Source of the DNA: a virus
IMG/VR virus record: IMGVR_UViG_3300044712_000688
Location: 72,299 to 136,298 of that record
Direction: 5' to 3' (one strand)
DNA: 64,000 bases
Shown: positions 32,769 through 42,325 of the stretch, in pieces
Layout of the letters: each line of letters opens with the position of its first letter
Numbering within the stretch: position 1 is the first letter of the stretch
The notes under the pieces: model-generated
What the model was told of the DNA's origin: nothing
Databases searched by the model: none
What the model saw: only the letters and a program-made list of their open reading frames with translations
Made by a program: the position numbers and the translations under genes

Positions 32769-34586
32769 ATGGCAGGACTAGAAGGCATTCAGCTAGAGCT
32801 GGTAGATAGCGCCGAACAAGCATCAAAGTTTATTTCTTGGCTTGGTGAGCGTCGCCCTCTAAATGCCATCGCTATTGACACTGAAACCGGAGAGCTTCCG
32901 GGTAACCCACGCGATCACGCGCTCTCCCCTTGGCACGGGCGTCTACGACTTGTTCAGGTTGGCGACGGTATGACTGGCTGGGCAATTCCTTGGGATGAGT
33001 GGGCTGGTGTCTTCTACGAGGCCATGGACAAGTTTGATGGCCCTATTGTTTGCCACAACATCGCCTTCGAAGCCAAGTGGTTCGAGATTCAATCTCGATG
33101 GAGTATGCCTTGGCACCGATCGCACGACACCATGATTATGGCGCAGCTAATTGACCCTCTAGGTCAGGGTGGTCTAAAGCCTCTAACTGAGCGTTATGTT
33201 GATCGCCACGCTGCTTATTTGCAGACTCAGCTGGATGTAGGTCTATCATCTAATGGTTGGACTTGGGGAACCGTGCCTACGACCTTTGCTCCATATTGGT
33301 CTTATGGTGCGCTTGACACCATTCTTACAATGCGTCTATTCGAGCAGTTCTGGGAGAAGTGTGCGCCAGGGCGTCCGTACTCTCAGGCATATGAGCTAGA
33401 GATGAATACTCGCCGTATCGTAACTCGCATGGAGCTCAATGGTGCTCGTCTAGATCTGGACTACTCACAAAAGAAGTTCAATGATTTGCTTCAGTACACC
33501 GAGCAGGTAAAAGATTGGGTACAAAAGACATACAATGCTTCCGTAACTAGTAATCCGCAAATGGCACGCGTATTCGAGGAGCAACTTGGATCTCAAATCA
33601 CTGAGACCACTCCTAGCGGACAGAAGTCATTGACCAAGGATCAACTCAAGCTATTCACTATTCATGGGTCTGAAGAAGTTAAGCAACTTGCAGACACGAT
33701 GCTGAAGCAACGTAAAGCTGACAAGCTTGCAAATACTTACTTCCTAAACTTCATCAACGACAACGTCAACGGTTTTGTTCACCCGTCTGTAAAGACCATG
33801 GGCGCTCGTACTGGTCGTATGTCTATTCAGAATCCTGCACTACAAACTCTCCCTAAGGGTGACGACACCGTGCGTCGCGCATTCTTGCCTAAGGATGATG
33901 ACCACGTAATCGTCACGTCTGACCTTGATCAGGTTGAGTTCCGTATGTTCTCGTCCCTCTCTCAGGACGCAAACTTGATCAACCTCTTCAACATGGCGGA
34001 CGCTACTGGCTCTGACCCGTTCACCGAGATCGGTCGTGAGATCTACGCGGACCCGACCATGCAAAAGTCTGACAAGCGCCGTGGCCTAATCAAGGGTGTA
34101 GTTTATGGACGCCTCTACGGTGCTGGTGTCTCGAAGCAGGCTCTGACTGCTGGAGTGCCGGAAGAGCAGATGCGTGCTGTTTCTAATGCTTTCGATGACC
34201 GCTTCCCTGGAATGTCTTTGTTCCAGAAGAAGGTGGAAGATATTGGAATGCGTCGCCTACGTGCCGAGGGGCAGGGTTATGTCAATACTTGGACTGGGCG
34301 TCGCCTACCTTGTGACGAAGACCGCGTCTATACCCTTGTTAACTACTTAATCCAGGGTGGTGCCGCTGAGGTATTTAAGTCAAACTTGATCAAGTTGGAT
34401 CAGGCCGATTTGACCGATCTTCTGATTGTTCCAGTACACGACGAAATCGTACTAAACGCACCTCGCAAGGACGTAGAAGAAATTAAGCAACTAGTGCGTG
34501 AGTGCATGACTACACGCGAAGGGTGGGCAGTGCCTCTTACTGCCGATGTTGATGGACCTCTAGAAAACTGGGGAGAAAAGTACTAA
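32769..34586 (+). CDS. polA: Family A DNA polymerase (3'-5' exonuclease plus polymerase)
   Basis: ExoI DTETG, motif A DLDQVEFR, motif B KGVVYGRLYGAG, motif C VHDEIV. ATG 32769 follows AAGGA. Confidence 0.95.
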   Translation: MAGLEGIQLELVDSAEQASKFISWLGERRPLNAIAIDTETGELPGNPRDHALSPWHGRLRLVQVGDGMTGWAIPWDEWAGVFYEAMDKFDGPIVCHNIAFEAKWFEIQSRWSMPWHRSHDTMIMAQLIDPLGQGGLKPLTERYVDRHAAYLQTQLDVGLSSNGWTWGTVPTTFAPYWSYGALDTILTMRLFEQFWEKCAPGRPYSQAYELEMNTRRIVTRMELNGARLDLDYSQKKFNDLLQYTEQVKDWVQKTYNASVTSNPQMARVFEEQLGSQITETTPSGQKSLTKDQLKLFTIHGSEEVKQLADTMLKQRKADKLANTYFLNFINDNVNGFVHPSVKTMGARTGRMSIQNPALQTLPKGDDTVRRAFLPKDDDHVIVTSDLDQVEFRMFSSLSQDANLINLFNMADATGSDPFTEIGREIYADPTMQKSDKRRGLIKGVVYGRLYGAGVSKQALTAGVPEEQMRAVSNAFDDRFPGMSLFQKKVEDIGMRRLRAEGQGYVNTWTGRRLPCDEDRVYTLVNYLIQGGAAEVFKSNLIKLDQADLTDLLIVPVHDEIVLNAPRKDVEEIKQLVRECMTTREGWAVPLTADVDGPLENWGEKY

Positions 34587-35041
34587 TGAAATATATCTTG
34601 GCTGTTGATCCTGGAAAAGCCACCGGAATGGCACTATTTAGCCTTAAATCAGGCTCTGAGCCTGTCTTGGAGTGGTCTGGAGAGTTCCAACAGCACGAAT
34701 ACGCAGCACCAATCCGAGCCTCTCTATCGGCCGTACAGGGCGATTTAGAGGTAGTTTGTGAACGATTCACGATCAACGCACAGACCGTCAAAAACTCCCA
34801 AGCGCCCTACTCACTCGAGCAGATTGGCATCCTCAAGCAGTGCCTTATGGATGTTGGCCGAGCTGCTGACGATATCTATTTCCAAAGCCCGGCGGACGCA
34901 AAAGCTATGTTTTCCAATGAAAAGCTCAAGAAGCTCGGCTACTGGCACAAAGGTGGCGAAGGCCATGCACTTGACGCCATCCGACACGGTCTACTAAGGT
35001 GCATTAAGTCTGGTTGGAAGCCAGTACAATTATTAAATTAG
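34586..35041 (+). CDS. RuvC-like / RNase H-fold nuclease (probable Holliday junction resolvase)
   Basis: ILAVDPGKATG, VVCERF, HALDAIRH. Confidence 0.75.
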   Translation: MKYILAVDPGKATGMALFSLKSGSEPVLEWSGEFQQHEYAAPIRASLSAVQGDLEVVCERFTINAQTVKNSQAPYSLEQIGILKQCLMDVGRAADDIYFQSPADAKAMFSNEKLKKLGYWHKGGEGHALDAIRHGLLRCIKSGWKPVQLLN

Positions 35042-35060
35042 TTATTATCAAAAAAATAAC

Positions 35061-35089
35061 TTGACAAAGTTTTTTTCTGATAATATAAA
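35061..35089 (+). promoter_or_regulatory. Sigma70-type promoter
   Basis: TTGACA-N17-TATAAA upstream of the helicase gene. Confidence 0.7.
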
Positions 35090-35115
35090 TATACGTAAAG
35101 ACGCAAAGGATAAAA

Positions 35116-36927
35116 ATGTCAGTTTTTGTTGAGCTAGAGGAATCTGGCGTAGACATCATTATTAACGCCGAGTGGCGTCTAAAAGAGCTGTGTAAGAGTA
35201 TTCCTGGCGCTACTTGGAACTCTAAGGAAGGCGTCTGGCGACTAGCTGCGTCTTGGGCTGGATGTTTGGCCTTGCGCTCTACCTTTAAGGAAAGCCTCGA
35301 AATCGGCCCTCGATTGGCCGAGTGGGCAAAGAACGAAAAGCTTACCCGTATTGACCCATCAAACCACCTACGCGATGTAGACATGATGGAAGATGGAGAT
35401 CAGGATCTTTTCCCGCACCAGCGTGCTGGAGTTGAATTCCTAAGCACTGCTCGCCGTGCTCTTCTTGCTGACGAGCCTGGACTTGGTAAGACCGCTCAGG
35501 CTATCCGTTCTTTGAAGCGTCTACACGACAAGGGCGAAGCTGTATTTCCGGCACTAATTGTCTGCCCAAACACTCTCAAGAAGAACTGGGAGCGTGAGTT
35601 TGACAAGTGGTGGCCTGGAGTAGATGTCACCGTTATTGGTGGCTCTGCTACTCAGCGCCGTGCTCAGTTTGAGAGCGAAGCAGAGGTTTATGTAATCAAC
35701 TGGGAGTCATTGCGTAGTCACTCTCGCCTCGCCCCTTACGGCTCAATTGCATTGGCTCGTTGCCAAGATTGCGATGGGCACGACTCGCGTATCACTCCAG
35801 CTCGTTGTGAAGTGCACCGCCGTGAGCTAAACACAATTGACTTCAAGGCTGTCATTGCAGACGAGATTCACCGCTCAAAGGACCCTAAGTCTAAGCAGAC
35901 TCGTGCTCTTTGGGCCGCGACTGGTGATGCCGACATTCGATACGCACTAACTGGCACTCCGATTGCTAATGACGTAGTTGATCTCTGGCCAATTCTTCAC
36001 TGGATCTCGCCAGAAGAGTGGCCTAGCAAGACTCGTTGGATTGACCGCATGATCAACACCATGCTCAATGCATTTGGTGGAATGATGGTCCTCGGTGTGA
36101 AGCCAGATATGGAGCAAGAGTTCTACGCAGCTATCAACCCTCGCATGCGTCGTATGCTCAAGGCCAAGGTGCTCCCTTGGCTCCCAGAAGTTCTTACCGA
36201 GCGTCGCGATGTTGAAATGGGCACCAAGCAGGCTAAGGCTTATAAGCAGATGCTAGAAAACATGATTGCTCTCATCGAGGCCCCGGACGGTTCACTTGGT
36301 GACGCTGTTGTGGCCCCAAATCCACTTACGCAAGCATTGCGTCTATTGCAGTTTGCAAGCTCATACGCCACCATTGAGGTAGACGAAGCTGGGCAAGAAA
36401 ATCTCATTTTGTCGGACCCCTCTTGTAAGGTTGATGCTCTGATGGATGATATGAAGAGTGGTGACTTTGGTGACGACTCTGTTGCAGTCTGTGCCGTATC
36501 TCGCCAGCTCATTGAGATCCTTAGTGCGCGTCTTACCAAGGAAGGTATTGCTCACGGATTGATTACTGGCTCGATTAGTGCTGATGATCGTCAGAAAGCT
36601 ATTGACGACTTCCAGTCTGGTAAGACTAAGTGGATTTTGTTCACTGCTCAGGCGGGTGGTGTTGGAGTTACCTTGACAACAGCGCGTCGCCTTGTTATGC
36701 TTCAAAGGCCATGGTCTCTTGTTGACTACAAGCAGGCTTTGGACCGTGTTCACCGCATTGGCTCTGAGATTCACGATTCAGTAATCATTACTGATTATGT
36801 GACTCAGGGCACTGTCGAAGAGCGGGTAATCCAGGCTCTAGACACCAAAGCTGACAATTTTGAGCAGATTGTCCGTGACAAGCACCAGCTGCTCCAAATG
36901 CTTAAAGAAAGCAAGGCAACTCTATAA
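35116..36927 (+). CDS. SNF2-family helicase
   Basis: LLADEPGLGKT, DEIH, ALTGTP, QAGGVGVTL, QALDRVHRIG. Confidence 0.95.
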   Translation: MSVFVELEESGVDIIINAEWRLKELCKSIPGATWNSKEGVWRLAASWAGCLALRSTFKESLEIGPRLAEWAKNEKLTRIDPSNHLRDVDMMEDGDQDLFPHQRAGVEFLSTARRALLADEPGLGKTAQAIRSLKRLHDKGEAVFPALIVCPNTLKKNWEREFDKWWPGVDVTVIGGSATQRRAQFESEAEVYVINWESLRSHSRLAPYGSIALARCQDCDGHDSRITPARCEVHRRELNTIDFKAVIADEIHRSKDPKSKQTRALWAATGDADIRYALTGTPIANDVVDLWPILHWISPEEWPSKTRWIDRMINTMLNAFGGMMVLGVKPDMEQEFYAAINPRMRRMLKAKVLPWLPEVLTERRDVEMGTKQAKAYKQMLENMIALIEAPDGSLGDAVVAPNPLTQALRLLQFASSYATIEVDEAGQENLILSDPSCKVDALMDDMKSGDFGDDSVAVCAVSRQLIEILSARLTKEGIAHGLITGSISADDRQKAIDDFQSGKTKWILFTAQAGGVGVTLTTARRLVMLQRPWSLVDYKQALDRVHRIGSEIHDSVIITDYVTQGTVEERVIQALDTKADNFEQIVRDKHQLLQMLKESKATL

Positions 36928-37865
36928 TGACGACTAATCCTATTCGCATCTCTAACTCCGAGATCCAGACCTTTAAGGACTGCCGTCGCCGGTGGTGGTT
37001 TACCTACTATCGTCGCCTACAGCCAAAGGTTAAGGACTTCACTGGAGCACTGGCACTTGGGTCTCGCATCCACGAGGCTTTGGACCAGTACTACACCTCT
37101 AACATGGAGCGCAATCTGCTAGAGATTCACTCTGAGCTGGTTGCTGCAGATATGAAGACTCTGACAGATGAGTTCCGTGATACCACCAGCCTAGAGACCG
37201 AAGCTGAGCTTGGTCGCGTAATGCTTGAAGGCTACCTAGAGTGGATGGAACTAGAGGGCATTGATGCCGAACTCGAAATGATTTCTACGGAAGAGATCAT
37301 CGAGCGTCCGATGATGGATGGTCGTGTAACTCTCCAGGGCAAGATTGATATGCGTGTTCGTCGCAAGATTGATGGCGTACGTATGTTCCGTGACTTCAAG
37401 ACTGTTGGTGGTTCTTTTGCTGACTTCGGCTCTATTGCTCACATGAACGAACAGGTTCTTACCTACATGGTTCTAGAAGAAGCTCAGAACCAAGAGGGTG
37501 AACGTTCGGAGGGTGGTATCTTTACCATGCTTCGTAAGGTTAAGCGCGGTGCTTATGCTAAACCACCGTTCTATGACCAGATTGAAGTTCGTCACAATGC
37601 TTTTACCTTGCGCTCGTTCTACCAGCGCCTAGAGGGAACCCTAGAGGATATCCTTCGAGTGCGTGATGGACTTGACGCTGGTGAAAGCCACTATAAGCTT
37701 GCATATCCAAAGCCGTCTCGTGACTGCAAGTGGAAGTGCCAATTCTTCTCTATTTGCCCGCTGGTTGACGATGGTTCGGCAGCTGAAGCAGCAATTAGTG
37801 ATGCGTTTGCGGTCGCCGACCCTTACGGTTATTACGGAATCGAAGAAAAGAAAGGAAGTGAGTAA
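36927..37865 (+). CDS. Cas4/RecB-like PD-(D/E)XK exonuclease
   Basis: SNSEIQTFKDCRRRW, GKID...DFKT, C-terminal CKWKCQFFSIC. Confidence 0.88.
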   Translation: MTTNPIRISNSEIQTFKDCRRRWWFTYYRRLQPKVKDFTGALALGSRIHEALDQYYTSNMERNLLEIHSELVAADMKTLTDEFRDTTSLETEAELGRVMLEGYLEWMELEGIDAELEMISTEEIIERPMMDGRVTLQGKIDMRVRRKIDGVRMFRDFKTVGGSFADFGSIAHMNEQVLTYMVLEEAQNQEGERSEGGIFTMLRKVKRGAYAKPPFYDQIEVRHNAFTLRSFYQRLEGTLEDILRVRDGLDAGESHYKLAYPKPSRDCKWKCQFFSICPLVDDGSAAEAAISDAFAVADPYGYYGIEEKKGSE

Positions 37866-37867
37866 GA

Positions 37868-38632
37868 ATGTCGGAAGTCGATCGCAGTTTAACAATTATG
37901 GTTTATGGCGAATCGAAGGTTGGTAAATCAACCTTTGCCGTTACAGCTCCTTACCCACGTCTTATGCTTGACGTTGAGGGTGGACACCGTTTCCTCCCGA
38001 TTACTGTCAAGTACTGGGACCCTATTCGCGAAGAGCCACCGGTTGCTGATGGAACTTGGGACACTGTTGTGGTCCAAGTTCGTGACTACGATGTAGTCCT
38101 CAAGACCTTCCAGTGGCTTCAGAGTGGAAAGCACCAGTTCAAGTCCTTGATCATTGACTCAATCTCTGAGTTGCAGGTCAAGTGCATGGACAATATTGCA
38201 GGAACCGAACAGATGAAGATGCAGCAGTGGGGCGAATTGCTTCGCCACATGGGTGCACTACTTCGTGACCTTCGCGACCTGACAATGCACCCGACTCAGC
38301 CTCTTGAGGCTGTAGTTCTGACCGCTATGGCACGTAAGGGTCAGGACGGCGTATACCGTCCTTATCTACAGGGTCAGCTAGCAATTCAGGCCCCGTACTT
38401 CTATGACATTCTGGGCGCAATCACAGTGGAGCAGTTCCCTAACCCGGACCCACTGCAGCCTCCATACAAGGTGCGACGCATGTACGTTGAGCGCACACCT
38501 GAGTATGAGGCTGGAGAGCGCGTTCAGGGTCGTCTAGGAAAAATCGTCGAGCAGGGAGACCTTGGTGTCGAACGTATGCTCGATGTAATCTTTGGCGAAA
38601 AGACAAAGACCACAAAGAAAACAAGTAACTAA
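37868..38632 (+). CDS. AAA-family ATPase (Sak4-like recombination protein)
   Basis: VYGESKVGKST Walker A, LIIDSISE Walker B; lies between the exonuclease and SSB genes. Confidence 0.85.
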   Translation: MSEVDRSLTIMVYGESKVGKSTFAVTAPYPRLMLDVEGGHRFLPITVKYWDPIREEPPVADGTWDTVVVQVRDYDVVLKTFQWLQSGKHQFKSLIIDSISELQVKCMDNIAGTEQMKMQQWGELLRHMGALLRDLRDLTMHPTQPLEAVVLTAMARKGQDGVYRPYLQGQLAIQAPYFYDILGAITVEQFPNPDPLQPPYKVRRMYVERTPEYEAGERVQGRLGKIVEQGDLGVERMLDVIFGEKTKTTKKTSN

Positions 38633-38640
38633 GGAAAATC

Positions 38641-39183
38641 ATGAGTTCACTCAATTGGAGCGACCTAATCAAGGACGCTGGAGAAACCACTAGCTACGAG
38701 CCACTGCCTGATGGTGACTACGAGCTTAAGGTAATCGAATCAAAGGCTAAGAGCACTCAGTCTGGAAAGACTATGTTCAGCATCACCACCGAAGTACAGG
38801 GTGGCCCTCACGCAAAGCGCCGTGTCTGGGACAACCTGACCGTATCGCCTGAGAACCCTAAGGCTCTTGCAATCTTCTTCTCAAAGATGGAAGCCCTAGG
38901 TCTACCTCGCGACTACTTCAACTCAAACCCGAGCAACGCTCAGATTGAGCAGGCTCTGCTTGGTCGTTCGTTCCGTGGCTCACTAGGCAAGAAGACCTAC
39001 AACGGTAATGTCAGCAATGAGATCACCAAGTACTTCCGCCTAGTAGCAGACGCTACTGCCGGAGTTCCAGTTCCACCAGCTCCTGCTGCAGCTCCTGCTC
39101 CAGCTCCGGTGGCTGCTGCAGCTCCTGCACCAGCACCAGCACCAGCACCAGCGGCTCCTGTAACCTCAGAAGAGCCGTTCTAA
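38641..39183 (+). CDS. Single-stranded DNA-binding protein (DUF669-like)
   Basis: YEPLPDGDYELKV...SGKTMF...VWDNL; Pro/Ala linker and acidic EEPF terminus. Confidence 0.8.
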   Translation: MSSLNWSDLIKDAGETTSYEPLPDGDYELKVIESKAKSTQSGKTMFSITTEVQGGPHAKRRVWDNLTVSPENPKALAIFFSKMEALGLPRDYFNSNPSNAQIEQALLGRSFRGSLGKKTYNGNVSNEITKYFRLVADATAGVPVPPAPAAAPAPAPVAAAAPAPAPAPAPAAPVTSEEPF

Positions 39184-39194
39184 ATAAAAGTATT

Positions 39195-39228
39195 GAGGGG
39201 GTGTCGTATGGGCACCCCCTCTTTATTT
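39195..39228 (+). terminator. Intrinsic terminator
   Basis: GAGGGGGTGTC-GTATG-GGCACCCCCTC then TTTATTT. Confidence 0.8.
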
Positions 39229-39241
39229 ATAAAGGTTTGAA

Positions 39242-40279
39242 ATGAAAGTACTATTTACTGGAATGTTGTCCGCCCACTGTAAGGTGCCGACAGACGTTGC
39301 AAACAAAACTTTTTACACGGCATTCTCTCTAGTCTTTAGAGATCTATATCCAGACGCTGAGATCGAGTGGAAAGCCCCGTCCCTATCGTGGGACGAAGAG
39401 TACCTTTCTCAATATGATTTTATTTTTATCGGCATGGTGCCTCCGACTTCCATGAGCGCCAACATGGTCTACGGAACACTTAAGTGTTTAGACACTGTTT
39501 ATGACTGGCCCAATGTTCGCCTGATTATGGATTCTCCTCAGTTGTGGCAGTATGTGCCGGGACTGTCTGCCATCAGCAAGGATCCTACATACTTGGTGAG
39601 TAAGTTCTACTCGAAGCGCCCTGGATATAGGCAGGCTGATACCTACAAAACACTCTCTAGCTTCAAGCGAGTAGCTGATAGGTTATTGAACGAGAAGTGG
39701 CCAAAGGTTATCTATCCAGAGTTGCCGTGGCACGATTCGGTACGTAAGAGCGAGCTAATCTCTGACTATCTAGGGAATGTAACTGATCTAATGGGACTGA
39801 ACCTAGACTCCTATTTCTTGAGTAGCAATCCAGAGTATAAAGAAGTTTTTGATGCTCCTTGGTCTGTTGACAGCTACAAGTCAAAGTGGGCGGAAAAGCT
39901 CAGCAGGACCGTTTCCATGGCGTTTAGTGAGCTAAAGCTTGGTAAGACTTTCAACGATGTCCATGCAGAAGCTGCGCTTCGTAGCTCGGTTGGCTTGATT
40001 GTTCCTCCTGCCGATCGTAACGTCGGTACGTGGTGGAGCTATCGCTATGTTCAGGGGCTACTCTCTGGCGTTCCGGTTGCCACTGAATGGACAGAGTCTA
40101 AGGTTCTAGGCCCAGCTTGGGCAGTATTACCGTACCAAATTGAAGATATGACCCCGGCTGAACGCCGAGAGTTGGCACAAAAGCAGCTAGAGGCTTATAA
40201 GAATAATGCACTTAGCTTCTCTGAACTAAAGAAAAAAATTGCATTAGTATTAAATAATAAAGGAGAGCAAAATGCCTGA
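39242..40279 (+). CDS. Putative GT-B glycosyltransferase (possibly DNA-modifying)
   Basis: N-terminal KVLFTG Rossmann-type strand; C-terminal TWWSYRYVQGLLSGVPVATEW loosely recalls the T4 beta-glucosyltransferase C-domain. Weak recognition. Confidence 0.4.
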   Translation: MKVLFTGMLSAHCKVPTDVANKTFYTAFSLVFRDLYPDAEIEWKAPSLSWDEEYLSQYDFIFIGMVPPTSMSANMVYGTLKCLDTVYDWPNVRLIMDSPQLWQYVPGLSAISKDPTYLVSKFYSKRPGYRQADTYKTLSSFKRVADRLLNEKWPKVIYPELPWHDSVRKSELISDYLGNVTDLMGLNLDSYFLSSNPEYKEVFDAPWSVDSYKSKWAEKLSRTVSMAFSELKLGKTFNDVHAEAALRSSVGLIVPPADRNVGTWWSYRYVQGLLSGVPVATEWTESKVLGPAWAVLPYQIEDMTPAERRELAQKQLEAYKNNALSFSELKKKIALVLNNKGEQNA

Positions 40280-40700
40280 AGTAAATAATGAATGGGTAAG
40301 ACAGCAACTTGAAGAAGCTAAGGTCCGAGTTGGGTCTGGAAAGTCTATTCTTCGATTGCTAGAAACTTGGGAGTCTCTAGGAGATCTTTCGGATAACATC
40401 TCTAAAGAGACTATTGAAATCTTTAGCCGACTAGCTCTAGGTAAGCTAGCTAAGGATCCAGAACCAAAAGCAGACGAGATCTGGATTCCTGCTCAGCCTG
40501 GTCAGATTAAGGTTGGCGATGAGGTCCGAGTACTGGTAGATGCTTTTACTGACAAGACCGGTGTTATTCACAATGGGCGTCGAGGTAAAGTCACTGCTGT
40601 ACGCTACGGAGATGTCATCTTTAAGTCAACCGATGGTAAGACTCCTGAGTTGAATGGCGTCCACTATTCTCCATACAAGCTCGAAAAAAGGATTAAGTAA
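40272..40700 (+). CDS. Hypothetical protein with SH3/KOW-like C-terminal domain
   Basis: QIKVGDEVRV...RGKVTAVRYGDV pattern; overlaps neighbouring genes. Confidence 0.6.
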   Translation: MPEVNNEWVRQQLEEAKVRVGSGKSILRLLETWESLGDLSDNISKETIEIFSRLALGKLAKDPEPKADEIWIPAQPGQIKVGDEVRVLVDAFTDKTGVIHNGRRGKVTAVRYGDVIFKSTDGKTPELNGVHYSPYKLEKRIK

Positions 40701-40936
40701 TGCGTACTAGTTTTGAAGTTAAGGTGTACGCAAGTACCCTAGAAGATGCCAAAACTAAGGCATATCAGGAGATTTCTAAGTTCATGGGAGTATCCTCTGA
40801 TGATGTAAAAAGCATCGTTGATCTGGAACTAAAAGTCAAGACCTATGAGCTCAAAGACGATGCCCCAGAGCCAGATGGCGATTTCGAGGTAGTTGTCTAC
40901 GGATCCGTCAAGCATAGCATTGTAAAGCCCCTATAA
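40700..40936 (+). CDS. Hypothetical protein
   Basis: 78-aa ORF with TAATG coupling. Confidence 0.6.
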   Translation: MRTSFEVKVYASTLEDAKTKAYQEISKFMGVSSDDVKSIVDLELKVKTYELKDDAPEPDGDFEVVVYGSVKHSIVKPL

Positions 40937-40942
40937 ATTAAT

Positions 40943-40971
40943 TTGACAAAATCAACCGTAAGCGGTACATT
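40943..40971 (+). promoter_or_regulatory. Sigma70-type promoter, probably leaderless
   Basis: TTGACA-N17-TACATT; ATG 40978 begins 6 nt after the -10 element and has no SD. Confidence 0.7.
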
Positions 40972-40977
40972 GTTTCT

Positions 40978-41469
40978 ATGCAAACATTTGTACCGCTTAC
41001 TTCTTCTTTTGAAGACATTGCCCGCACGCTAGATCGTGCCCGTCTGAACAAGCAAGCCCTAGAGGGCTGGCAAATTCTGATGACCCTACTTGAGCTGGAC
41101 CCCCGAGGCAACCACCGCTCTCCTAAGGGCTGGGTCAATCACCCAGCCGTCAAGATGTGGCGTGGCCACGAGATGGCTCTATATCTATACATCCAAGCTA
41201 TGGTTGATGAATGGAAGCGTCGCGGCTACAAGTCAACTATTGGTGACAAAGCCAAAGAGACAATTAAGGTTGCACTATCTAATGGCCTGCTGACTCCTTC
41301 AGCTTCTAGCAATCCCCGCTGGATTTCCGATATGCAACTATTCAAAAAAGTAGCTGCAAGTCACCGCTTGGCGCTGCTTAGCAAGGATTACGAATGGTAT
41401 TCGCAATTTAACTGGGAAGAAGATCCAGGCAAAAAGCCAGAAACCTACGAATATATTTGGCCAGAGTAA
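40978..41469 (+). CDS. Pyrimidine-dimer DNA glycosylase-like protein (T4 endonuclease V / MSMEG_6728 family)
   Basis: MQTFVP, LDRARLNKQALEGWQI, HPAVKMWRGHE, SHRLALL, YIWP. Confidence 0.85.
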   Translation: MQTFVPLTSSFEDIARTLDRARLNKQALEGWQILMTLLELDPRGNHRSPKGWVNHPAVKMWRGHEMALYLYIQAMVDEWKRRGYKSTIGDKAKETIKVALSNGLLTPSASSNPRWISDMQLFKKVAASHRLALLSKDYEWYSQFNWEEDPGKKPETYEYIWPE

Positions 41470-41528
41470 ATTTGTAATTTACGGTACTTAACACGAAATA
41501 ATTAAATTTCAACTGTAAAATCTTTCTT

Positions 41529-41873
41529 ATGAAAGATTCTCGAATTGGCGAATCGCTGTGGTTTATCTGGGATACCCCTAATAACCAGTTTGGCGATTAC
41601 CCGATTTTCTATACCGAAACTCATGTTGATATGGACAATGAAGTCGTCCGCCGTGCCTTGGCATCGGCAATTCAACGTGAGGGGATTGTATCGTCTCTAG
41701 GAGAAGGATACTTCCTTATTGATCATGGAGACACCTGGCAAGGTTACTCTGGATCCGTAGATTCTAACGAAGTAGAGGATCTTCACGAATGTGATGAAAC
41801 TGGTCTAACTTCTGACGGAGAAATTATGTCAGAATTTGCTCCAACTACTTGGGTTAGGATTTTTGACTTTTGA
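41529..41873 (+). CDS. Acidic hypothetical protein
   Basis: 114-aa ORF; TAAAAT at 41516-41521 lies 7 nt before the ATG, suggesting a leaderless mRNA. Confidence 0.6.
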   Translation: MKDSRIGESLWFIWDTPNNQFGDYPIFYTETHVDMDNEVVRRALASAIQREGIVSSLGEGYFLIDHGDTWQGYSGSVDSNEVEDLHECDETGLTSDGEIMSEFAPTTWVRIFDF

Positions 41874-42325
41874 TAGATACACCTGAATGGTACGAAGAAG
41901 CCGAGTGCTCTAAGCCAATTTACAGAGATAAAGTTAAAAACTTTTTTCTGAACAAACCTGCTCAGCAAGTTCCAGCTCTCAAGATATGTGATTCATGTCC
42001 GGTGAAGAGAGACTGCTTAAAGATGGCCCTAGAGAATAAAGAAATATGGGGAATCTGGGGTGGGCTAACGCCTAAAAAGATACGTAGGACCTTGTCTGTT
42101 AATTGGCAAGGTCAGGAAATGCGTCATAAGAGGCCACCTCTATGCCCAGCTTGCAAAGCTAAAACTAGCGAGCTAGCAACAAAAACAGTTAACAGACCTA
42201 ATGGTGGCCGCTGGGCTACTATGAAATTAGTTGAGTGTGGTCAGTGCAATTTCTCATGGCAAAGTAGAACTAGTGCTAACGCGGTAGAGGCATATCATCT
42301 TACAAAGAATAAGAAGAAACTTTAG
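41870..42325 (+). CDS. whiB: WhiB-family transcription factor with C-terminal zinc ribbon
   Basis: C...CDSCPVKRDC...WGIWGGLT, followed by CPAC...CGQC. Confidence 0.9.
   Translation: MIDTPEWYEEAECSKPIYRDKVKNFFLNKPAQQVPALKICDSCPVKRDCLKMALENKEIWGIWGGLTPKKIRRTLSVNWQGQEMRHKRPPLCPACKAKTSELATKTVNRPNGGRWATMKLVECGQCNFSWQSRTSANAVEAYHLTKNKKKL

Noticed and set aside
36927-37865. Cas4-like gene as evidence of a CRISPR-Cas system
   Set aside because: No array or other cas genes. It sits in the standard exonuclease-AAA-SSB recombination module.
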